DNA of 64,000 nucleotides from positions 69,874,001 to 69,938,000 of the forward strand of contig CM059433.1 of assembly GCA_030390025.1 (NCBI GenBank), given 5' to 3'. Each line of letters begins with the position of its first letter. Position 1 is the first letter of the stretch. This document shows positions 11,111 to 24,921 of this stretch, piece after piece. This DNA comes from Squalus acanthias (lineage: Eukaryota). A program made the position numbers and the translations under genes. Below the pieces are notes generated by a model that saw only the letters and a list, made by a program, of their open reading frames with translations, did no database searches and was not told the DNA's origin.

Positions 11111-13274
11111 GGGCAGGAATTCGAGTAAACAGCTCCAGTTGAACAGCATTGGTGCAGTAAGCGGAGTGGCTTCTTTCTTTTCTATAATTTCGATGATAAA
11201 GCTGGAGGGCCAAGGGCCATATTGCTGGGCAACATAAAGGTGGAAAAGCACAAAAAGATGAGATAAATCAGAAAGCAGTTATTGAGGGATGCCAAACGTT
11301 GGTCTTAAAAGCCTGAAGATTTGAGGAAGTAAAGACTGAGCTATGTAAAAAGTTTTGAGCTCCTGGGAAAGAATTAGACAGAGCAGGAAAATATGCGAGG
11401 AACCGGCAACAATGACTTATGCAGAGACCAATTGTAATCTGGGTAGAGATCAGCCAATTCAGCAGAGTGGGGAATTAAACCCGAGACTGGCCCAGATACG
11501 CACTACCTTAACTAGCTAAGCCATGAGAGGAGCTTTGTGCTATTTTATCTTAATTTGGAGCATCAGATTCCTCCTGTAAATCTGTTTTGCCAAATTCATT
11601 GAGCAAGTTTTCCAGCAAAGTACTGTTGGGATACCATCAATGCTTAGTATCCTCAATGAGCTATGAAATTAGCTTAACAAAAATGTTTGTTTATTGCAAC
11701 ATGAACATGAGCATGTTCATCTTGTGCAATGTTGCTCAACAATCTAATTATTTAAATAGATCAAAAAGGTAGAACTGGTTCGATTGCCTTTTGGGTGTGG
11801 TGGGGAGGGGCGAGAGGTTAGGCATCATTAATAGGTTGCTGTTCAATACAAAAATACTTCAATTTTTTTTACCATCTTTAATGCTGTGCATTTTGTTCCC
11901 TTTGTAGAATTCTTACCTACACATCTTAAAAGAATCAAAGATAACTCAAACCTAACACACAGTGGTATAAAATCAACCATACATCAGGGCTTGGGCCATC
12001 TGAATTCCACTCAAACCTGATGTTGACCCCTTCTACAATATTTTATTCATTTTTAAAAGAAATTTGTTTTCTTTAGTTCCTTATTTCTGAAATTGGGACC
12101 TTACTTCTAGAAGTTTGCCAACAATAAAAAGGAAAGTTTATGATATGTTGCTGAATATGACAAGGCAAAGATCAACTGCCTTAAACCATAAGAATCTGGA
12201 AATACTAAATGAATGACAGCAGATAGACAAAGATAAACCGCTGCTTTGTTGCTCGTAGCCTTGTAAACAGTTTCCAGATTGAACTTTTCACATATGTTAT
12301 CTTGGAATTTTAAGCACAATCTCAGTCTCTCTCTCCTTTCTCATTTTCAGTCATCTTTGATTTCCTTAACTTTAAGACTTACCGAAGATCTTTCTTAATT
12401 GAAAGCTACATCACATCTCCCGCAACATACACAATACAATGTATGCAGTATACGGGCTTACACAGATTTTATTCAAATCCAGAGCCATACCTCTCTATAA
12501 ATCTAATTTATTTTTAATGTTTGCTCTTGTTAACTAAATTAACATTTTGTACTATAGTTAAGTCAAAGAATTGTGGTGATTTCACTGATTTTTGAGAACT
12601 CTACATAGCTGTAGTATCATGAAACTTAGACAGATGTTACCAATGCACAACTAAAATAACAGAAATAATTTTGATTTTTTTTTGCCAACTTGTCTTTGAA
12701 TTGGTTTGCTTGTGAAATTTCAATAAGACATTAATATTTTCTGGATATTTTCAAGAAGAAAATGACAGCATCATTGTTATTGATCAATGAATAGTCAAAT
12801 CTGGAAAAAAACAGATTTTACCAAGCTCCAAATTATTGCTGACATTTTATTTCTGTGTAAGAGGGTAGGTAAAGAATAGTCACTCAAAATAAATTTACAT
12901 CATGGAGAAATGGGGAGCCATATTTCTCTCAGATTACTCCTTTTTAATAAAAGGCGAAAGAACATGAACAGACATGTCCACTGTACAACATTGAGATGTA
13001 GTGATGCCAGCTATATTTACGCCCCACTTCTAACAGACTATTTGAAGATAACCTATAGTGAACCCATCAATGAAACCGCCTTTCTTTACAATGTTGTACT
13101 TATCAGCAAACTTTGACAACAGTTACATAAAGAATAAAGATCAAGAGATTAAATCTACTGAGAGAAGCAAGATCTTAATTTAAATAAAGCAAGTTAGTAT
13201 TTCCATAATATATAGAATTATAAAATGATGCGGCGCAAGAAACATGTCTTACGACCCATCAAATCTGTGCAGGT

Positions 13275-13899
13275 GGGCAGAATCTCTGCTAGGTTGCGCT
13301 AGTTTTACCATCACAATTTGCCCGAAATCGGCCAGACCTGTGTAAAAGATCGAGGAATTTCAAGCGCATGTTACATCCAGCACAAATTGAGTCTCTGCGA
13401 TCTTTTACACTCGTTTAAAAAACATCGCGCTGGAACCCGACCCATCCACAAAACTGGCCACACTACCAGATCGAATTAATGAGCATGGCAAGTTTCCGCC
13501 AATTGCGCTCGTCTGCAGCCCTTTGAGGAGGCTTCAAGAAATTGACTAGTGTACACCAATGAAACTAGTTTTGTATAGCTTTTTTTTTTAAAGTCATTTC
13601 AGTTATTTAAAATCAGGTTACTCATAGTTGGTGGACTAGACACTCATTAAAAATGCTTATTTTTTGTGATAAACCCAATTCCAGCTGTATGAATTAAACT
13701 GCACCAGGTTACCACTCTTAAATACATCAAGGAACATTTTTTAATGCAAGGCTGCCCGATTGCGCTGGTTCATGAAGATCTTATGTTTGTGATTATACAA
13801 ATAAGTTTGAGCGGAAACTTGAACCATAACTTCACCTCGAAAAACTAGTGCAATTTGCGCCCAGATTGCCAATTACACCCAAAGCGGAAACTCTACCCC
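13275..13899. mobile_element. Putative PIF/Harbinger-like MITE inserted in a CR1 3' tail
   Basis: Imperfect TIRs gggcagaatctctgct / agcggaaactctaccc, with internal repeated ttgcgc..agt motifs. The flanks rejoin as an antisense CR1 tail. Confidence 0.55.
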
Positions 13900-15050
13900 T
13901 TAGTCTAATTTCACTCTCCCATGCCATCTAATATTTCTCTTTTTCAGGCAATGATGTAATTCCCTTTTAAAAGAATTAATAGATTGTGAGTCGACAATGG
14001 TTTGTTTGTGGCAGAGAATTCCACATTCTATATAAACAAGTGTTTTTCACCTCCCCATTCAATTCTTTTGATTATTTTAAATTGGTGCCCTTTTGTTACC
14101 ATCTCACTGATCAGTGGAAACAATTTATCACTATTTACCTCATCATAACCTTGAAGACCTCCATCGCATGACCACTGAACTTCCTCAGCTCTGGTGGCTA
14201 AAAACCCAAACTTCTCAAGTCCCTCCAAGGTTCTTGCACTCCATTTAAAAACTTAACTATTTCAGATGTATTTCCTTTTCCTATTCTTACCTCAAAAATG
14301 TATTACTTAACATTTCTTAACATTGAACTGCATCTGCCACTTATCAGGCCAACCTGCTCACCTAACTATGTCCTCCTGCACTCGCTCATAATCCTCATCA
14401 TAATTTGCCTTAAACCACAATTTGGTGTCACCAGCAAATTTCAATACCGCTGCCTCAATTCCGAGATCCAGATCAGTCATGCATAATGTAAATGGGAGCG
14501 GCCCAAACACAAACCCCTCTGGAACACCACTCACCACAGCTTTCGAAAATTCCCTTCTGCCGTCCAACCCTCTCTCTATCCACTTGGCTACATGCCACAT
14601 AGCTCCATGTGGCCTTACCTTTCCCATAATTATTTTATATGGTTCCTTATCAAGTGCTTTTTGAAAGTCCACATAATCCATATGCGCTCCATTTCCTTTA
14701 TCTCTCCACCTTCTTATTTCTTCCAAGAACTCCGATTAGTCAAGCGTAATTTGTCTTTTAGAATTCCATGCAGACTGGATTGATAAGTTCCTGTTTCTCC
14801 AAGCACTTCATAAATTCATCTCATACTAAAGGTTCCAGTACTTTACCAACAACTGAAGACTAACTGGTGTATAATTTCCTCTCTTATACCCGTCTCCTTT
14901 TCATATTTGCCACCCTCCCCCCTCTGGCACAATTTTCCTTTCCACAGAATTTTGGAAAATTACAGTCGGCGCCCTCTGCTATTTCGTCCCTTGGTTCTCT
15001 CAAGATCCTCGGATATTAACTGTCAAGTCCCAGTTATTTGTCAACCTCAA
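13900..15050 (-). mobile_element. Old CR1 LINE ORF2 fragment
   Basis: Minus ORF 14358-14726: YVDFQKALDK, SGVPEGFVFGP, FAGDTKL. Minus ORF 14028-14228: KLFPL...TKGH. Confidence 0.88.
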
Positions 15051-15146
15051 GTTCAAGTATAAATATACTGTTATTTACTATATACTGCACTGCTTTTTTT
15101 TTTAAAAGGAAGTATGACATGTTATATTAACAAACACAGTCAGAAC

Positions 15147-15284
15147 CGGTTCTGATGAAAGGTCTTTGATCTAAAACGTTAATGCTGTCTTCCACTCTCC
15201 ACAGATGCTGTCTGAGCTGCTGATTGTTTCCAGCATTTTCTGTTTTTATTTTGGATTTCCAGCATCTGCAGTATTTTCCTTTTT
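15147..15284 (+). mobile_element. Solo PLE pseudo-LTR fragment with decayed hammerhead
   Basis: ggttctgatgaaaggtctttgatctaaaacgttaa...ccagcattttctgtttttattttggatttccagcatctgcagtatttt is homologous to 9200-9309 and to the reverse complement of 8444-8580. Confidence 0.75.
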
Positions 15285-15289
15285 GAGAT

Positions 15290-15590
15290 GAATGACCAGT
15301 TATTAATTTTTTTTGTTGGTGCTGGTTGAGGAAGGAATGCTGGCTAGGATATCAGAGGAACTCCGTGCTTTTCTTTTCATAGTGCCTGGTGATATTCTAC
15401 ATCCACCTAAACAGGCAGAGGGGGCTTGGTTTAATGTCTCATCCAAAAGACGGCATCTGTGACAATATACAGTAGCACTCAAAGTACTGCACTGGTGTCA
15501 ACCTAGATTGTGTGTTCAAATCCAGGAGTGGAGCTTGAACCCACAACCTTCAGAAGCAAAAGTGTGACCAACTGATCCAAACTGACAATT
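15290..15590 (-). mobile_element. DeuSINE (SacSINE1-like), diverged
   Basis: Homologous to 1830-2120. Confidence 0.75.
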
Positions 15591-18500
15591 TGATACAATT
15601 CAGTAGCAGAGCCCCACTTCAGTCCGGAGAAAAGGAGTAGGAGAACGCTGGATGAAGCTGTCTCACATTACTTGACATTGCGTTGAGTATAACTCCTGTG
15701 TGGTGTCAAACCTAGTTGGCACAATTTTCCTTTCCACAGAATTTTGGAAAATTACAGGCAGAGCCCCCTGCCATTTCGTCCCTTGGTTCGCTCCCTCAGA
15801 CCCTTGGGCACCTTTTAAAACTTACCTCGAGTTGATTTAAATGTGGAGGGTCTGGATACTCCTGCACTCTCCAAACAGTTACACTTTAACCTCCAGAAGA
15901 GCTCGACACATTTATTCTTGCACAATTTCACAAAGCTCTCGACTGGGCTGGAGAATTCCACTTAAGGCCAGGCAGTATAAATAAGCTTCAGACCAGTAGA
16001 GAAGTATAAACTTTTCATTAACTTCCCCATGTATCAAACAGCTTTAATTGTGCTTTAATTAAGCATCTTAGGACATTTTACTACGTTAAAGGCGATATAT
16101 AAATGCAAGTTGTTGTTGTTGCTTCCATTTCACTTCACATAAGAGACTAGTGAGTATTTCCTTGATCTGAGTGAGTACTTCCTATATACAAGAGACTAGT
16201 GAGTGGCTGTCGAAATACTAAGTGATTGCACCAAATAATCTATTGGTTGTGAAGTTTAGGGATGACCTGAGGATGTGAAAGGTGTTTTATAAATGTAAAC
16301 TATTTCTTTCTTTACCTGATCTCAAAACAGTTGGCTTCAAGCAAAGGGCAGTCCTGTTAGCGAGCCACATATATGTAAAGATATCTCAAATATCTGAAGC
16401 TAGTCATGTGTGGAAATTGGCAATGTCTGATTAACTGTTGTGATGCCAAAGCTCAGAGCGAAACATGCTCCCTGCAGCTGGACTAACCACACTGCCCCCT
16501 CAATAAAAGTATCTGCTGTCTTATACCAGGTTTTGCAAGGTCCAAAGCACATTCTGGCAAATTTACAATGTCTCTTTAGTTTTTATCAAGTCTCAGATTC
16601 AATGAACATCTCTCAAACACTGGTAATTTAAATTACACAATCATTTTTACTCAGAATTGACAATGTACATTATAACTTCTCTTCTGCATTCAATAATGTT
16701 TAGAAACTATCAATAATTTTACTGAGAAAGGGCCACCCTCAATAAGTAACAACTATTTGTAGGCTGAAGATCAGTTGAGAAAGCACATGAGGGGTCGGTC
16801 CATTGTCTTACAATTGCTTGAACTCTGTATGTAACGGTGACATTTTGTTGACCTGTATCTTTGCTCTACAGAATGTGGAATCTGCTCTTGAAGGGGAGAC
16901 AATGGCACGGAATTATACAGTTTCACATTTCTATGAAATATAATTGTGAGCTGTACAAGAGATACTGCAGAGGTTACAGTTTTCAGTTGACCGTCTCCAT
17001 TCTCACCACTGGAACTAGCAATCTATTTGCAGGGCTATGGGGAAAGAGTGGGGGATTGGGACTAATTGGATAGCTCTTTCAAAGAACCGACACAAGCACA
17101 ACAGGTTGAATTGCCTTCTGTGCTGCAAGATTCTATGATTCCTCCATCAGTAAAGCCTAGCCAATGTAAACATCATTGGATCAATTGAAAGCTTTTTAAG
17201 GCGTTCCAAAATAAGCTTATTATGGCAAATACAGAACATTAAGGTACGCCCAAATCAAGTACCTATTTCGCGGTCACCTCCCTCCCCATTCCTAGGCGGT
17301 GTGCTCCTGACTGCATAGGAATTGTCTGGTCAGAGTTATGCAAACACAATACAGCTAAAGTTAGCATGGCTGCAACATTTCTCATAGGAATTTTGGAAGG
17401 TATTAGACAGCTCCTCTAACCCCATTTTATATTTTCACCCTCCCTCCTAGAAATGAAAGTTTCCCCCAACACCAGAAAGAATTGATCTGAAACTATCTTG
17501 GGTATTAAAATGAAAACAAGCCCCACAGGGCTGAATGTAATTTTACTCAGACTATTTATAAACCAAAGAAAACACAACCCAACAGACTAGTAACAACTGA
17601 TTTCTTACCAAGCTTCAAAAATATGACACATCACAACCAGTTGTGCGGCAATAAATTCCACTTCCTGCATGAATGTTCAAATATCAAAAATACTGAAGGC
17701 AGCACAAAGTGCTTGGAACCCACTGAGAGCTGCTGTAATATTTTCTACCAGCAGAAATATTAAAAAATATATAATTTTTCAGATTTATTCAGCGGTTACT
17801 GCAAAAAGCAGAAACATGTTACGGTTCAGTGCATTTGTATATTTTTAATTTATGGCATATGACAGGGGACACAGAAAATAGAAATAGAAAACTGAAAAGG
17901 AAATGAGAGTTAAACACATTTTCATTTAGTAAAATTATAATTGAGCTATTTCCAGTTTTAACCTACAAGCTGAAGCAACCTAGGCAAACCCTTAAACCAC
18001 CACCACAAACGCTACTGCTCTAAAGGTGTGAGATTCCTGTTTATACAGCAGGATTATAATTAAATAATGTTTGGTTCTCAGTTGTAAAGGCAGTGGGGAG
18101 ATAGGGACATGGTGTTGTGCAAAGATATCAGCCAGGGTTTACGGGCCTGGTATGACACCCTGTGCAGATTGCCAGAACTGTGCCAGGATTTCCGACAAAT
18201 GATAAGTACTGTCATTTCTCAAGTTATAACCTATCAAAACATGTGAACTGAAAAGGGGAGGGGGGTGCGGAAGAAATTTCAGTGGTTTAGTTTTATAACC
18301 ACAAAATCATGCAGCGCAAATGTCAGCCCAAGTAACAATACCTTTGAAATGTTTTCTGCAAGTACTGTGCTTCGTGCAAGGTCAAATTATTGAAGACACA
18401 ACTGAAACTCAAACAAAAAAAGGCAAACACTACCCATTGTTTCTCCTACTTCATGGCCTAAACACCAATCATGTCCAGCTACAGAAGGAACTCCCAAATG

Positions 18501-20547
18501 CACGCGACCACATCATGCCTGCCCTGTATCAAGGTGCAAACAGCTGCCTCCTGCCACAGTTGGTTTATCTTATTCTAAAAAAAATTGTAAATGGGAGAAA
18601 CAATTCATAATGAAACCCAACGGCCCGATGAAATTAATATGGGATATTTATTTTCAGTAAAACATGGAGTCTAGTTACCTACTGTGTATAAACAAGGTTT
18701 CTGCTTTTTAAATATCCCTTACACAGAAGGCAAACAATATGCAACAAGGACAAAATTGAAATAGATCAGCATAGTGTGTAAAAACTAAGTTGTACCTTTT
18801 TGTATGATCTTATATTGTTATGGCATCAGAAATCCACCCAACTCCACAGAAGTTCCAGAAGTAATTTAATGCATTGATTGGGGGGGTGAGGGGGAGTGGG
18901 AAGAGTTGACTATTTCAAGGATTATCCTTTTGAGTGGAAAATACTGTATGGTGGAATGCTGCAGAACCAGTTTGTTTAATTTGGTAACATTCTGGGTTAG
19001 AAGGTTATGGGTTCAAGCCCCATACCAGGACTAGTGCGCACCAAAAAACAGAATAGCTAGTCATTCATTTCATTGATATTTGTGGCTGCCACATTTTTAT
19101 AGCACCTTTCACGACATCAGGATGTACCAAACCAATTTACAACCAATGCAGTACTTTTGAAGTGTTGTCAGCGTTGTAATGTAGGACATTTGCCCACATA
19201 ACAACAATCACTGCAGTCCAAAAGTAATTGTATGAAGCACTTTGAGATATTTTGATGCCCCTATAATTACTGACATGTTGCCAGGGACACTAACTTTCAA
19301 CAGACTGCATCAGCTATCCAAATGAAAACAGTGATATTATTGCAAAATATTTTTATTAGTATATACACAAGTAATAGAAATAACATGTTACTTAGTCAAC
19401 AAATATAGAAATACGACAACAAATTACAGAAATCTGATGACCTTGCAGACTCGCTAGGATCTGGAGAGCGCAATTTGAAAACCCATAATCTAAACACCAC
19501 TTATCTAAACCAACTGGGCCTCCTAGCATGACGTGTACATCAGTTTCTATGCTAAATTAACACAGTATAACATCGCAATTAATACACTGTAAGTTATCCA
19601 AATTAGGAATCTATTAAACCAGACTGTTTTCTAAACTTTCCAATAATGACATTGCAAAATATTTCCAGTAAGAAACTTTCAAGATTCAAGACTTATTTTC
19701 AAACAGCAGAGAGAAATATTTGAATTTTTTTTAAATAGCAAACCTGAAAAACTTTCACTGTTCTCTATCATAGCATCTCACTATGGCAGTTAAACTAAAG
19801 CAAACAATTCCTTAGTTCGTTATGCAGCAGGAAACCGAGTGGATAACGGGTGCTTATGTGACTAAGATAGCAATGACTTCCTGCCAAAAATAGAAATGGC
19901 ACCCATAGGCACTTGGCATCTGAAAAATTGCTGCAGGCAACTCCAGGGGGGAACGGGGAACGGGAAAATTAGTGTCAACTCCTCAGAGAGTAAAACAATC
20001 ATCCATGCAGAGATAAAAAAGTAGCAGAATGGCATCCCATGAGAGCCTAGCGTACCATTAACGTGTTCAAATAAAAAGGAATTGAAAGTTTCCCCATACA
20101 ATGTACATCTGTAATCAGTATGATATACAGCTACACCATACTTGGAACAAAGACTCCTACCTTCTTTTAGACAAAGACCCAGATAATAAAAGTTGCTCAC
20201 TGAATTTTCCAAAAAAAGTAAAAGTAAGTGATAAGGAATGTGCGTTAAGTCCCATTATTCCTTTTGTTTTCTCTTGCTGGAGTCACTCAACTTTGCCAAC
20301 ATTATCATTTTAGATGCAGTCTTTCTACAACTGATATAAGTCATCCTGTATTTATTGCGGCACCATAGAAATCTACTATTTGCAGAAAAAAACTCAATAT
20401 GAAACAGCTGAAAATTATATACCTGAAAAATGCTATGGACAAAGCATTCGTGATATCCTTGGTTCAGAACTTAAAGTGAATATGTCATATTTCAAGTAAA
20501 ATGTCTTTAAATCTGTAACAAAAAAATTCAGGTCTTGAATACTGCAA

Positions 20548-20690
20548 GAACATAAGAATTAGGAGCAGGAGTAAGCCATATGGCCCCTCAAGGCTGCTCC
20601 GCCATTCAATAAGATCATGGCTGATCTTCGACCTTAACTCTACTTTCCCACCCGATCCCCATAGCCCTCGATTCCCCTATAATCAAGACC
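20548..20690 (-). mobile_element. CR1 3' tail
   Basis: Reverse complement of the tail at 24570-24700. Confidence 0.85.
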
Positions 20691-22029
20691 TCTGATTTCC
20701 AGTGACTGAATAAGCTAAATTCTGTTTTTATTAAGTGGGAGTGTGGGATTTTTACAGGTGTTGTGAGGATCACACTCCACAGTTTCATTTGTTTATGATT
20801 AGGCACACTTGCTTATGATGACTGAACAAGTCAAATTAATTCAAGCACTCCCAAAACAGCTTCCAGAATCATGCACAAACATGCATTTTGCGTTGTCTAT
20901 GGTATATTAGACAGAATATATAACACATTCTGAGCCACAGCACTACATTACCTCAAAGAATAGTGCAATCTGTAGAATGTGCAATACCAACTCAGGTCAA
21001 TAAGCATGACTGACCAAATTACATTTATGGGGCTGTGGTAACAAATTCACTTAACTTCAGAGAAATTTCCTGAAAGGAAGCCAGTTTCAATTTCAAAGCA
21101 GAAATCAAGATAATTTTTAATGGAAAGAGGCACTGTAATACTTTCAACCACATTCCTGGCATGAGAGGGTAAAAACGGAGCACATTTCCGGCTGCAAGAA
21201 ACAGGTGACTGCTTAGCTTACTCGCATTTTTCCAAGGGCAGGTCCACAAAGGGGCCTAACAGGCAATGGCGAGCATCTATTGGGACTGTTCTGCCCAGAA
21301 CTAGTGTACTGAATTATGGAATTTCCATCCAGAAAAGGGATATATTCGGAAAAGCCCAAAATATGCTGGGACTCAGAGTCTATTCTGAGTACGGTGCTTG
21401 GTTATTATAGAGACAAAAGCTCTTTTGGAGTCAGAGTGTGCATCTAGTCCCCTCAATATCTCTTCTCATTCCTCATCACTGAAAAGTCTGGCTCCAACCA
21501 TACCAGCCACAACCAAAAAAAAATCACCCACACCTCTCAGAAAGTTTTCTGTCTTGCCATCAGCAACAAAGCCATCTAGAGCACATCAGATATTTTTGAA
21601 ACTCTTTTCCCCACCATTTTAAACTTAAATCTTTCTTGCCTTTTTATGCTTACATATGTCACAAATCACTCCTCCAATCAAGAGAGCAGGCAGGTGACTT
21701 GCTCCAAGAATGTGCAACAGCTATTTGAGCCAGCACAACTACAAAGCACACAAGAGAAGCCGCCGCAGGGCAACTTGTTCACCAATTTTCAGTCTCCCCG
21801 TCTCAGTGGGTAAATTCCTGGGCACTGCAGGAAAGGCTGGCGTGAGCTCGTCACATGAGGAATTAGAAACCATGTCCTATTTTTCCATGGAGCAAGACTT
21901 TGCTTTCAAATTTAATACATACTTTCCAATATCTAAACAATGACATGAATGATAATACTTTTCCTTTCCTCTCCAGATTTTATACTGCACAAACAGTATT
22001 TTTCTTTCTCAAGACTAATCTGTACTTTA

Positions 22030-23363
22030 GAGGTAAAGATAAAGGGGAACCAATGGACGTAGTGTATTTAGACTTCTAGAAGGCATTCGACAAGGTGCCA
22101 CATAAAAGATTATTGCTCAAGATAAAAAATCACTGGATTGGGGGGAATATTCTGGCATGGGTGGAGGATTGGTTATCTAACAGGAAGCAGAGAGTTGGGA
22201 TAAATGGTTCATTCTCGGACTGGCAACCAGTAGCCAGTGGTGTTCCGCAGGGGTCGGTGCTGGGTCCCCAACTCTTTACAATCTATATTAACGATTTGGA
22301 GGAGGGGACCGAGTGTAACATATCAAAGTTTGCAGATGATACAAAGATGGGAGGGAAAGTAGAAAGTGAGGAGGACATAAAAAACCTACAAGGGGATATA
22401 GACAAGCTGGGTGAGTGGGCGGAGATTTGGCAGATGCAATACAATATTGGAAAATGTGAGGTTATGCACTTTGGCAGGAAAAATCAGAGAGCAAGTTATT
22501 ATCTTAATAGCGAGAAACTGGAAAGTACTGCAGTACAAAGGGATCTGGGGGTCCTAGTGCAAGAAAATCAAAAAGTTAGTATGCAGGTGCAGCAGGTGAT
22601 CAAGAAGGTCAACGGAATGTTGGCTTTTATTGCTAGGGGGATAGATTATAAAAACAGGGAGGTATCGCTGCAGTTATATAAGGTATTGGTGAGACCGCAT
22701 CTGGAATACTGCATACAGTTTTGGTGTCCATACTTAAGAAAAGACATACTTGCTCTCGAGGCAGTACAAAGAAGGTTCACTCGGTTAATCCCCGGGATGA
22801 GGGGGTGGACATATGAGGAGAGGTTGAGTAGATTGGGACTCTACTCATTGGAGTTCAGAAGAGTGAGAGGCGATCTTATTGAAACATATAAGATTGTGAA
22901 GGGGCTTGATCGGGTGGATGCGGTAAGGATGTTCCCAAGGATGGGTGAAACTAGAACTAGGGGGCATAATCTTAGAATAAGGGGCTGCTCTTTCAAAACT
23001 GAGATGAGGAGAAACTTCTTCACTCAGAGGGTAGTAGGTCTGTGGAATTTGCTGCCCCAGGAAGCTGTGGAAGCTACATCATTAAATAAATTTAAAACAG
23101 AAATAGACAGTTTCCTAGAAGTAAAGGGAATTAGGGGTTACGGGGAGCGGGCAGGAAATTGGACATGAGGCTGAGTTCGGATCGGTCGAGGCCCTGTGGG
23201 TGGCGGAGCGGGCCCAGGGGCTGAGTGGCCGGGTCCTGCTCCTAATTCTTGTGTTCTTTAGATTTGAGGTGAGGATCAGTTCAGCCATGATCTTATTGAA
23301 TGGCGGAGCAGGCTCGAAGGGCCGATTGGCCTACTCCTGCTCCTATTTCTTATGTTCTTATGT
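22030..23363 (+). mobile_element. Young 5'-truncated CR1 LINE: 357-aa uninterrupted ORF2 C-terminal part, double 3' tail
   Basis: ORF 22095-23168 has GVPQGSVLGP, FADDTK, VRPHLEYC, TRGH and RVV.LWN. One stop upstream at ~22077. Two tandem tail units at 23166-23363. Confidence 0.96.
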
Positions 23364-23989
23364 AATACATCAATTCAGAAAAATTCCAATTTCTATCTTA
23401 TTTCCCTTAATAGTCATAGAAATGCACTATTATTTTTCAGTCTGTTGCTGGCAAATAAACATAGAAACAAAATTTCCCTTCCATATCACTTCCATTTTGC
23501 CTTTCTCCCAACATATTTTACACCTTGAAATAGGACAAACCGACTGAGAAAGACCCGCAGATGAGCCTATATCGAGGTTCCCCACCAGTACCTCTGGCAC
23601 ATCATTCAGCATTTACAATCATTTTTATATGTTTAAAATAAATTCACACAATAGGTTAATTACATTTATATTTAGACAGTGGAAAAATACAGGAAACCAA
23701 GGAAAAGTGTACAATCTACAGGAAAAGACTGAATGTAATATTGGTATTTATAATTAATAGATTGTAATTAGTTTTATTCTTAAATGTCTGCCAGTAAGAG
23801 CAAATCAATAAAATAGGTGGTGTACAAGAAAGGTTGGATCAGGATATAGAACCACTATAAATATAAGGAAAAGTAGTACACCAAACACTAATTTATTGAA
23901 AAGCATAACATTTCAGGCAACAGTGGAAGCCATTTGGTCTGCATAAAAGTACCAAGCAAAACAAACTGGCAAGTGTACTGCAGACAAAG

Positions 23990-24700
23990 CCAAGGTGTCC
24001 TTATACAGGAAACAGAGAGTTAGCATGCAGGTACAGCAAGCAATTAGGAAGGCAAATAGCATGTTGGCCTTTATTGCAAGGGGGTTGGAGTACAAGAGTA
24101 AGGAAGTCTTGCTACAATTGTACAGGGCCTTGGTGAGACCACACTTGGAGTACTGTGCACAGTTTTGGTCTCCTTGTCTGAGGAAGGATATACTTGCATT
24201 ATAAAAGGTGCAATGAAGGTTCACTGGATTGATTCCTGGGATGAGAGGGGTGTCCTATGAGGAGAGATTGAGTAGATTGCGCCTATACTCTCTGGAGTTC
24301 AGAAGAATGAGAGGTGATCTCATTGAAACATATACGATTCTAAGGGGACTGACAGGGTAGATGGTGGGAGGTTATTTCCCCTGGCTGGAGAGTCTAGAAC
24401 TAGGGGGCATAGTCTCAGAATAAGGGGTTGGCCATTTAAGACTGAGATGAGGAGGAATTTCTTTACTCAGAGGGTTGTGAATCTTTGGAATTCTCTACCC
24501 CAAAGGGCTGTGGATGCTGAATCATTGAGTACATTCAAGGCGGAGATATAGATATTTTTGGACTCATGGGGAATCAAGGGATATGGGGATCAGGCGGGAA
24601 AGTGGAGTTGAGGTCGAAGATCAGCCATGATCTTATTGAATGGCGGAGCAGGCTCGAGGGGCCGTATGGCCTGCTCCTGCTCCTAATTCTTATGTTCTTA
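23990..24700 (+). mobile_element. CR1 LINE 3' fragment
   Basis: QVQQAIRKANSMLAFIARG...VRPHLEYCAQFWSP, with stops and a 3' tail. Confidence 0.93.
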
Positions 24701-24921
24701 AATAGGTTGAGTGAAAACTGCAGAATGTTTCAAGCACAAATGAAGGAAAGTGACTGCAGGTGCACAACAGATGAGGAACTAAAACTGCATTGAGCTGCCA
24801 AGGTTACACAAGTTACTATCAAACAATTACAAGAGATAAATGTTACCCAAGGAAGGAAAACAAGAGAAACATGGACATAAAAACAAAAAAAAACTGCCAA
24901 AGCAGAAAATCTGAAATAAAG

